From the NCBI GenBank assembly GCA_030141605.1, contig JAQGDQ010000115.1:496001-560000 (forward strand): a stretch of DNA of 64,000 nt. The letters are read 5' to 3'. Source of the stretch: Tubiluchus corallicola. Lineage: Eukaryota; Animalia; Priapulida. Both the position numbers and the translations under genes were made by a program. Positions 53,717 through 64,000 of the stretch are shown here, one piece after another (the stretch's first letter is position 1; each line of letters opens with the position of its first letter). The notes under the pieces are model-generated. The model worked only from the letters and a program-made list of their open reading frames with translations. It ran no database searches and had not been told where the DNA came from.

Positions 53717-53862
53717 TCACTCACTCACTCCTCACTCACTCACTCACTCACTCACTCGTTCGTTCGTTCGTTCGTTCGTTCGTTCATTCATTCATTCATT
53801 CATTCATTCATTCATTCATTCATTCATTCATTCATTCATTCATTCATTCATTCATTCATTCA
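53717..53862. repeat. (CACT)n-(CGTT)n-(CATT)n compound microsatellite
   Basis: Directly visible. Confidence 0.95.
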
Positions 53863-56800
53863 TGCTTTTATTCGTTTATTTGTACTCATATAGTATTTAT
53901 TTCATCCGTTTAGCTTATTTTTCAAGTGACTTCAACTTTTTACTCACTCCTTATCCCTTTCTGCTTTTTATTCCTACATTCTTCTTCTCCTCTTCCTTTT
54001 CTGCACGTTGTTTTCATCGACATTTCATTAAGTTTTGTTTGCGTCTAATAGACAAGACGACATTCGATCCAGCGCGCTAAATTTTTTCACTGATGTACGT
54101 TGATTGATGCAGTTCAATGAATACATTAACATTTTGGCCTGAAGCTTTAGTGTTAGCTATAAGCACGCTTGTTATTTTGCATGTTAAAAACCTGCGTGAA
54201 TATCTAGTAGTAGTAGTAACCTTTAATTAAAACCAGCTTTAAATTTAACAGACAACAGATTTTGGAGAATGCTACTAGATTTCACTTGCTTTCTGGTAAA
54301 TACTCTTATTGTCCAAACTTGCATTTGTAGGAAGTGTCCAATATTCCCAATATTCCCTAAATTCCATAATACAAAAGGTGTTGTTCCAAATATGCCGTGT
54401 GCCCAGAAGTATCTATGGCCAGTAGGCCTCGTGTCGAAATATGACCATACGTATCTATGTATTAGTATATCTAGTTTGGTATGCATTAGCTAAAACAGAA
54501 CCAGCCATTGATTTCAAGTAACCTACAATCATGTCTCCATCTCTGCCCTAATGCTAATTTCGATTAGACACTTATAGTCATGACGTCACTAGAGTCCGGC
54601 TGATTTCCATTTGGGATTACTGTGTGCCCGCCCCTCATAGAGGTCTTTGTGACTCACATTCCTATCTCGTCATTTACATGTCTAATACTAATCAATTGAG
54701 TGAGTACTTCACTTGGTTCAGATTCTATAGCAGTAGCCTTAACAAACGACAATCAATGCTGGTCAAAACTCGATCGTATAAATATCTATACGAATTGTTC
54801 CTACAAGAGAGCATGCGGAAACGTAAAATTCAGGATGTGAAAAGATTTCGCGCGTGGCATTAGCAATTGGGGGACTGCAACATGACCCTGTTGAATGTGT
54901 CACAATTGCAGCACCACGTTTATTATTACACCGCTAAATTAAATTAAATCACCGCTAATTAAATTATATTCTTTTCTCTGGATTACATAGAAAATGTCAT
55001 AATTTTAAAAATTACTAATGTTTCCTAAATTAAACTGATAACATTAATGCCAACCAGTGTCTAAAAAAATCTTTTTATCTATATTCGGTCAAGGATAGCA
55101 GGCTAGGTGATTTTATAGTCTTTTCGTTATCCTTTCTCTAGTTCTAGCTCTATCTATATATTTTAGCCATTTTTCAAAATTTATTAGAGATTCTTTTATT
55201 AATCATGTTTTATTGTAACAGTATAAAGAGATAAATAAATTGAAATTGAATTGAATTTATAAAAAAGCCATCGGGTGATCCAAAACAATTAAAGTAATAT
55301 ATATTCTTACTAAGAAGCAGCAGCAGTAGTAATAAAAGCAGCAATAGTAACAGTATCAGAAGCAGCAACAGCAGCAGCAGCAGCAGCAGCCAGCAGTAGT
55401 AGCACGTTAATTGTTCGTGGAACCACATGTTATGCATCAACGGCTGTCAGATTCGAGTATTTTTCGTAATTTTCCCAATGAAATTGAAGACAACGAATGC
55501 CAAATTTAAAAAAACAGTGACGAGAGTACTCAGAAGTTTTAGAAAGGCAACATTTAAGACTGGTGCAGTAACTTTCTACGTTTTGAATCTCAAAGCATGA
55601 TCACAGAGCAGAATTTGTTTACAACACACGGTCATGTTTGAATTTTATTCTTTTCCTCTTTTATTCAAATTTACCTATCGACGACTGTTCTACCACATAA
55701 AATGTAATAAATGTTGTCAAACGTAAAATACAAGACTTGTTATAAACAAAACCTCAATAAAATGTGGTTCTAATTAGGAAATCGTATGATTTACGATGAG
55801 TTCTTTGGGGTAAAAGGTGTTTAATTTTGGTGTGTAATGCTTACGTCACATAATAAAAATGTCATTGGTAGGCAGGAGATATATTCCCACGCTTAGTTGT
55901 AAATATTCCTGGTGACGTTTTGTAATATCTAAATAAGCTTTCAATAAATGACAGCGACTAATATATGTAACTGGAAATAATGAGATATGCAAATTTATTA
56001 TGCTACTGAGGCTGACGAGTATTTGCTATTACTGCTTAAGTTGTTTTAAACCTGCAGATGGCAGCACGTCTGCAAACATGTAAACAGCGGAAATTGAATT
56101 TCGTGAACCAGATTTCCTAATTGGAGTGCCTCATCCGACTCATTCCATTAGCAATAAGTGACCCAGCTGCACAGAGTCAGATGGGACAATGGTTCTAGCA
56201 AATTATACATACATTTTGTCTCTCTGGTGGGCAGATAAGAATATTCATTGATTGTGCAAAATCGTTTTCAGTACACTTCAGATTATTGACTAGGGATAAT
56301 TTAGGGAAAACACATAATTTCAGAGAGTAGGTCTAACATTATTTGGCCTTCAGAGATCAAGTTTCTTTGCACAGATAATTAGTAATTATTGATAGTTTAT
56401 TACACTAAGAACTAGTTTACCCATATATTGTATTGCTTGACTCGTTTATTTAGAGTATGCTTATGCTGAAGTCTGAACTCACGATAACAGCAACAAGACG
56501 TGTAGTGGTATCTTATGTAGCATTTTTTCGTTCCATGGAAAACTTGTGCGGTTTGTGATGTAAGTTCAAAATTCAAGATGGCTTTCAAGATGGCTGCCGA
56601 CTGTTCAAACTTCAATATTCTTGCTTCCAATTAAGTAACACTAATCGTTCAGACGTCTAGGTATAGTAACTGTTAATGCTCATAAACGGATGAAACATCC
56701 CCTTGGTTAAGTCCCGCTCCCTATCCCGCTCCATATCCCGTATTCTAGGGTGTGTATATAACTGACGCAGCTGCAGTTTCAAGGACTGCACCATTTGTGG

Positions 56801-57274
56801 ATCAATGAAGGATCTCGATCTAGTTTGTTCGTATTGATGGTTATTTTTGGAATGAGGGCTACAGTTAGGGTGGCGAAAAATCTCCAAAAATCGAAATTTT
56901 TGGCGCATTCCATTCCACAAAACTTGTAATCCTTCGTTTCGGATGTCTGACTGTTACGTCCTTAGTTTGAGAACGGAAACGTGCCTGGGGGTCGTGCCAG
57001 TAATGTTGCGCAGCCTATTCAGTAGTGGGTGTAGTCGGCTATGGTATCGGGCAAGCGGCGCTTTCCCCAAACACATCTGCCCAAATTTTACCAAAAAGCA
57101 CAAACAGTCTTAAGGAAAATTCATTAGTGCAACTGTTTGGGGGACTTGGGAAAGATGCACTACCGAAAAGAGGAAGAAAAATGATATAAGATGATACAGC
57201 CCAGAGCTGCACGTTATTTGGAACATCTATGAAATCTTCTTTGGCTTTGAGAAATTGCGTGGCTGTTCTGAGCA

Positions 57275-57651
57275 CAGGGCAGATTAATCTATAGGCTAGT
57301 ATAGGCTGTAGTCTAGGGCTCTTTGAAGCTTAAGGGGCCCTGCTAAAAGATTTTCATATGTAATTTTTTTAAAAAGTGAGTACAATATTTTAATATTTTG
57401 CATTACTGAATAATTCATTTAACCTGAAATAAAATTTCGACTATAAAAAAAGTGGCCCCTTATGAGATAAAGGACCCCTATGTGAGGCTCTTAATTTGAG
57501 AAAAATGGCCCTTGTTTGAAGCGCTGTTTGCAATAAGCTATTTAAATGTCGCTAAAATAGATTACGAGTAAAAATATTCAAGACGGGTGCGGACCAGTTA
57601 GAGGGTGGTTTCATTAGCCTAGGGACCCTAAAAAGTCATAATCCGGCCTTG
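57275..57651. mobile_element. hAT-type MITE (~375 bp), degenerate
   Basis: Left end CAGGGCAGATTA; right end TAATCCGGCCTTG (reverse complement CAAGGCCGGATTA), both close to CAGGGCCGGATTA. Subterminal TAGGCT/GCCTAGGG and GGCCCC motifs. No intact 8-bp TSD. Confidence 0.6.
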
Positions 57652-59518
57652 GCCGCCCATTATGTCATCAGTATGTGTTAGCGTGTTACTGAAAAGTAAT
57701 AAAGAAAGACTATGTAAAATGTCATGTATTGTTGATCATTGATGGATGGGTCTAATAGAGTTTTTCATTGTAATATAGTTTAGGCAACTTGCGCAAAATG
57801 TTATTGCATGGTTTCGCTAAGTTGATGTTGTCATTCTTATTCTCATGATCAAAGGTGTGGTGTGATGTGCTGTGGTGTGGCGTGATGTAATGAAGGTTAT
57901 TTTTGTGGTGTGGCGTGCATTCTTGATGTGGTGTGGTGTGTGTTGTTTATGTGGAACTTAGCACAAAACTCGCAAAGTTTGGCTAGATGGTTGGTAGGGT
58001 ATGGGGCTTAAGCAAAGGATATTTCACTATGAGCTTTATTCATTTATGGACACTATTAGGTATTATAACTAGACATCTGAGCGATTAATTTCACTTAATT
58101 AGTAGCAAGAATATAAAAGTTTGAACAGTCGGTAGCCGTCTTGAATTTGTGAAATTCAAGAATTTTTAATTTTGAACTTAAATTTGTTTATAAAAGTGAC
58201 ACCATACTTTTTTAAATGATATAAGATTTAAAATATGAAGTTTACCATACTTTAAAATGATATATATGGTATAAAAAAAAATAACGTGAATTTCTCACGA
58301 CATTACCCAAGCCGCTGCATTAATAAGTTTATTGTTCCAAAACAACATGGAAAAAAGTCCCTAAATCTATCTTCCAGTATGCTGCATATATATCGATAAG
58401 CCCGGGTGCCAAAATACTAGTCTTAATTAAGTGCAAAATGTGCAAATGCTTATCCTATAGTACTAAACCGGTAGAATGAAATTGATAATAATCTAAAGGT
58501 TAAAAATAATGAAAGACTAAATGTATGTTCTTACTGGATAAGAAATCAGTTCTTTGTAAGTAGAGCTTCTTCAAAAGAATAGAATTTCGCTGATGTCATT
58601 ATCATGTTGTGCTATCAAGCGCAGCATGATACAAAGCCACCGCGCAATTATGCGCTCTTCATACGGCGTGCATACTAATAAACCAATGAAAGAGACCATC
58701 TCTTGAAAATAATGAGACAGAACTCGCTGATGCTTCATTGCAAATAGCTCTGGCTCTTTCATTAACCAGTATAACTGCTAATATCTGGCAGAGCATTCTC
58801 AGGTCAAATGGTTAGCTAGTAATGCAATGTTCAGCTGGTTAAAGACAAACATTATGTGGCAGAAAATACCGGTAGGTAAAACTTGTAATTATCTTCAACG
58901 AGGCCAGGCCATCACACAAAGCTCGTAATAGCCAGGTTTACGTGGCGACTTAATGCGTTGAGCAACCATCATGGGACAATAAAAGAGTTGCGCAATAAAT
59001 TGGCTTCCCTGCCTTCCTTTCTTCGGAATAAAATTCTCATTCTGCTCACGTGGTCAATGACAACGTGGCGATGGTTTCTTGTCGAAAGATGATGCAACAT
59101 GACCAGCGATTAATTCTGACCAAAAGTTCGTATAGTTTGTTACAATTACGTCTATAATCGTATTTTTATCCAGAAGAGCTTACAAGCCCTACAAGCCATA
59201 TAACATCATCTGAAATTGGCTTTAATGCAGATAGAACTTTGCTACAATAACTGACGAGAAAGAAAAGCAAGTTACAGGCTAGCAACTTGAAATGCTTGCC
59301 TTATGTTCACGATCAGATCAAGGTCGAAATTAAACAAAAAAATGAAAGAAAAATGAAAGACCATCCCGATCCTTATAAATCACTTTATAAGGATTTTCAA
59401 TGAACAGCTGATATGATGCTATCGAACAATCTTTAATGGTCTATTTTTTTTCATCAGCACTTAGTTTCTGTTGTGTCGTTTATTGCAATCATTTTCTAAA
59501 GATAGTAACACTAAATGG

Positions 59519-59618
<100 letters not shown>

Positions 59619-59794
59619 CCTCTGATGTTAGTCTCAGTTACACAGTATCAGTAGATTATGGTCTTCCTGAGTTATATTATTGGTTCTTAGAATTGGCCAT
59701 TATAAGACTTGCCTTATAAAGCGCCATTTACAACATCTTAATTTAGAATAACTCGAAACTTCACTCATAATAATGACGTAACAGATATAGGCGA

Positions 59795-60190
59795 CGATGA
59801 TTGTGATATGACGATGATAATAGCGACAAAGGTGATGAATGATAATGATGAGATGACTATAATTATGTCGACAATGATCAGTATGAGAATGATGAGGATA
59901 ATGATGATAAATGTGGCAACAATGATGATGATGGTGGTGGTGAGGATAACAGAGGGCGACGACTGTGCTGATGAAGATGATGCCAGTGTTATAGATGGAG
60001 GTTGTTCAAGGGATGATTGTATTGAAGGTGGTTATCTGACAGTTCAATGGTGGGTGGTGTTGGTGCTGGATGACTGCAAGTGGCTGTTGCCGGACGTAGC
60101 TTGTGGTAATTAGTGACACCAGTGTCGCGGGTAACAATGATAATGACGACAACAACACAGCAACGACACAAAGTGCTGACGACGATAATT
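59795..60190. repeat. Degenerate (GAT/GAC/GGT)-rich low-complexity tract
   Basis: Imperfect trinucleotide periodicity. Confidence 0.7.
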
Positions 60191-61010
60191 GCAGAATGCC
60201 ATCTCTAACAAGAACTTCCCACGTCGTTCTCGTAACGCGATCGCGATGCATGACTTCGAGTCGGCAACGAACGGAAATAATAAATTGTTGAAAAGTGGAA
60301 ATTTGTCACGTCGCCCTGACAGTAAATGGCAGAGATATTATTATATTCCGTTATTACATAACAATGTTTAGCGGTCCGCCGAGAATTCGCTTCGAGTCGG
60401 TAGAAATGTTGTAACTTTAGTGGAAAGACAAATTGTAATTCATCCAACTGTCGTTATTGCAGGTGGATAATATTGGCATTTTACGCTGAGATAAAAAAAC
60501 CGAAACTGAAAAAAATCACATTTTAAGGAATCTGAGTAAAAACGTTACGGCAATTCTAATGAGAGTGTTAGGTAATTAGGAACGCTGGCTTTTTAGCATC
60601 TATTTGGTGACGCACGTACATTTATTTACTATTAAAAACAAAAATGGACTTATGTAGGAACTTAGAATGCCAAAAGTCACACGCTGCATCATAAAATTAA
60701 AATTGAAAAATCTTCTGCCCGTTGAAATGGCGAAATTAATCGGTTTATGGATTTTCGGAAGATCCACTCGGCAAAATTAAAATGGAAGGCTGTAAGCCAA
60801 AAGTACACATAGTGGAGACCGGTATGCGATTTTTTGTTAGTTCATTTAAACACTGTGATAAAAAGCTAGGCTATAAAGTTTAATTATATAAAATCAGTGC
60901 TGAAAATCATTTGTTAAGCCTATAGAAATTGTCTGTAAATTGGAAATTTTAACTTTGATTTGAATCTACTACAAGTCACTAGCAGTGCAAAGGTGGTTCT
61001 AAGGCATTTA

Positions 61011-61183
61011 GGCAGTGGACATTTGGACAGGTCACATAAACAGTGGACACTTGGGACCCGGGAAAGTGTATATCTGGGCAGTGTGTCCACCGCCGAAGTA
61101 CTCATTGCCCAAGTAAGTCTGCCCAATTATCCAAGTGCCACTGCTGTAATCTTCACTGCCCAAATTTTTTAATGTCCACTGCC
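61011..61183. mobile_element. Foldback-like element with inverted arrays of TGGGCAGTGGACA units
   Basis: Perfect 13-bp inverted repeat GGCAGTGGACATT (61011-61023) / AATGTCCACTGCC (61171-61183). The left half has GGCAGTG/CAGTGGACAC copies; the right half has CACTGCCCAA/TGCCCAA copies. Confidence 0.6.
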
Positions 61184-62270
61184 CAAGTGAATGTGATTGG
61201 CAAATACACCTCAATGAAACCAACAAGGGAAATCTTTGACTTATAAGTAATTAGACGAAGTGGGATAACAGAACTACTGCCAGAGAGAAAATCGACACAT
61301 GTAACAATACTAAACCTAAATGACACAAAAACGAAGCAAATTACTGAATTGTATTTAATTAGAACAGATTACAGTCTTAGCATACGTTTGTAATGGCCAC
61401 CATCTTAGTGACTTAACTTCCAGTCATTTTGTTTTAGTTTATCCATTAGTTTAACGAGCTGTAAAAGTCGGATTTCAAGTAATAAAATGTTGGTGACTCT
61501 AATCGGAGACATTGCTTGCGTTCTCCCGGGTAGTGCGTGAAACGAAGCTGCTCCTTTGTACGTTTTTGTTGCGTGAAGAAAAGCCCAGGGAGGTTATGAT
61601 GGCATTTTCAACGCAAAATAGTGTGTGTAATTAGCCTCTTTTCACGTTCGTCATGGTATCCACTTATAAAAGTGCATATGCATACATGTGTCAAAAAAAT
61701 TTCTTTTTAAAAACAAGGCCTGCAACAAGCGTTCACGTAATTGCTTGATACGGCCATTATTATTATTTAAGCACCGTTGGATTACAAAATACAATCAAAT
61801 GATAATCAAAACATAACGCTATAGTCTTACGTTTCATTCAAAAGATACATTTATCACAGTTCATTTTAGTAATGTATGTACTGATCTACAGTTCTGCAAC
61901 TAATCATTTCAATCGTTTTTATTATGCAAAGTATAATTCTCTGTGTGCATGCGAATGCCGCTTGGCTTATAGGGTAAATAAGTGCTGAATTCACACCGAA
62001 CATTAATATTAGTTATCAGTTTAAATAAAATGATGTGGACGTCTAAATTGCCTTACATCGTTTACATGATGCTAAAGTAGAATGTGGCTGTAACTTTGCA
62101 TTGTAATGATTATTCAAAATGCTTTTCTGTAGTAACCGTTTCTATGCATTTGCAGCCTGGTATTTAAATTCGCAGTAGCTCAACCGTTTGATATCAACCC
62201 AGTTCTATTTGTATGTGACAAATCTTTGTGGCATACGAACCATGGCGGGCATGAACAGCCATAATAATGC

Positions 62271-62850
62271 GAGCTATGCAACACAGCAGCAGGTATCGAC
62301 AGACACATAATGCACAACAATGGCAACTACGCAACACAGCAGCAGGTATGAACAGATACGTAATGCACAACAATGTGAGCTGTGCAACACAGCAGCAGGT
62401 ATCAGCAGACACACAATGCACAACAATGTCAACTACACAACGTAGCAGCAGGTATCAACAGACACATAATGCACAACAATGCGAGCTATGCAACACAACA
62501 GCAGGTATCAACAGACAGGTAATACATAACAATGTGAGCTATGCAACACAGCAGCAGGTATCAGCAGTCACATAATGCACAACAATGTGAGCTATGCAAC
62601 ACAGCAGCAGGTATCAACAGACAGGTAATGCATAACAATGTGAGCTATGCAACACAGCAGGTATCGACAGACACATAATGCACAACAATGGCAACTATGC
62701 AAAGCAGCAGCAGGTATCAACAGACAGGTAATGCACAACAATGTGAGCTGTGCAGCACAGCAGCAGGTGTCAACCGACAGGTAATGCACAACAATGTGAG
62801 CTATGCAACACAGCAGCAGGTATCAGCAGTCACATAATGCACAACAATGT
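62271..62850. repeat. 53-bp minisatellite, 11 units
   Basis: Consensus GAGCTATGCAACACAGCAGCAGGTATCAACAGACASRTAATGCACAACAATGT. Ten units are 53 bp and one is 50 bp. Confidence 0.95.
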
Positions 62851-63374
62851 ATAAACATGAGGAGCAGAGTCGTGCAGGTCTAAATGCAGCAACTCGACCG
62901 GAATGATTTGCAGTCCAATTGATAGCATCATTTAAGAAATAGTTATTTGTCCACAAGTAAGACCTTAAAGCGACAGGCAGCCTTTCTGCGTTTATTAGCT
63001 CCAAGAAATTACTTCCTAAACTCCACATTGAAAATTGAAAGGAATGTCTTTCTCTTTCAAAAGTCAAGATGCAGCGCTCTTTTCCAGGACGAAACTTCCT
63101 CCAGGGAATGTCTGACTGAAATTTTATTTGCTAACTGTGTCATTGTAACTCACTGAACCATTTCTCTTTCCAGTGGATGAATGACGTGGTCGTCTCTTCA
63201 CGACGTGAAATTAAAACTTGATATCCGCGTCAAATCTTAGTCATTTATCTGCGGCTAAGTTGTGTGGAATGATGACCAAGCCACCAAGTGCGTGAAAATG
63301 GGATGTTTTGATCGAAACCGATCGTCGCAAGTGTACATATTCTAGCGGAAATAAAATCACAATTCAAATGTCAT

Positions 63375-63470
63375 GGAGCTTTTGAGGCTAAGCTTTGTAT
63401 TTCAGGCGCTGGGAGCTATTGAGGCTAAGCTTTGTATTTAAGGCGAGGGGAGCTATTGAAGATAACTTTT
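63375..63470. repeat. 37-bp tandem repeat, ~2.5 copies
   Basis: GGAGCTWTTGAGGCTAAGCTTTGTATTTMAGGCG starts at 63375 and 63412, with a partial copy at 63449. Confidence 0.9.
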
Positions 63471-64000
63471 TTATAAAACGGATGTGTCCAGCTTTGTGTG
63501 ACAAGGGCCTAAAACCAACAACAGAGCTCTGCAAGCTTACTTAGAATGAAAAAGATTCTAGAAGCTGTTTTTATAAAGATACTTTTAACGTTGTATAGGC
63601 AAGACGAAAATCGAATCAAAATCAAATTTAAAAAAAATTACCTAAATTATTAAAACAAATTGATACATAGACAGAAACAAAGATTTATAGAAAATTCATA
63701 GTTCAATTACTTAACTTCAATAATAATCATAATAATTAACATTATGTACTAAGAAGTGTTCATGGCTTATTCTGCCCGCCAGAAATGATCTGTTAGTAAA
63801 ATGTATTAAAACGTATTAATAAATATCTGCATACAATAATAAATGACAAATTATTGTTAGTATCATAACGTATTTTGCAGTTTATGCACAAATTCATTTT
63901 TACAACATTTCGTCCTGTACATTTAAAGTAAAGACCATGGAACACTTAAAATACTGTAACGACGACAAAATGCCATTTATTTTCACTGCCTTCTCTACAT

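Noticed and set aside
56560-56690. Tandem CAAGATGGC (YY1-like) motifs as a promoter
   Set aside because: Context resembles a degenerate CAAGATGGCTGCC-bearing dispersed repeat, and no gene start is nearby.
62271-62850. CRISPR-like array
   Set aside because: Head-to-tail units with no unique spacers, eukaryotic context and no cas genes.

Overview
AT-rich eukaryotic (invertebrate metazoan-like) genomic DNA. I see no prokaryotic features, CRISPR arrays, rRNA genes or intact tRNA genes. The window opens with the large terminal coding exon of a MEX3 RNA-binding E3 ligase (KH-KH-RING; 406-1664, +) and a probable ~2.8 kb 3'UTR. A ~2.4 kb tandem duplication follows, carrying two intronless class A GPCRs (18263-19126 and 20676-21548, -) with an aminergic-type Asp3.32/Tyr7.43 pair but no CWxP motif and no ECL2 cysteine. 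One copy has two frame-compensating indels next to the ERY motif, and the pair shares an apparent gene-conversion tract. The remaining ~42 kb has no recognisable host gene; it holds enhancer-like islands, CTCF-like and CSL-like motifs, decayed LINE fragments, several MITEs, a 53-bp minisatellite and many compound microsatellites. I found no clear-cut novel system. The best leads are the atypical GPCR pair, a divergently oriented CTCF-motif cluster just past MEX3, and an orphan 165-aa ORF. All alignments and counts were done by eye.
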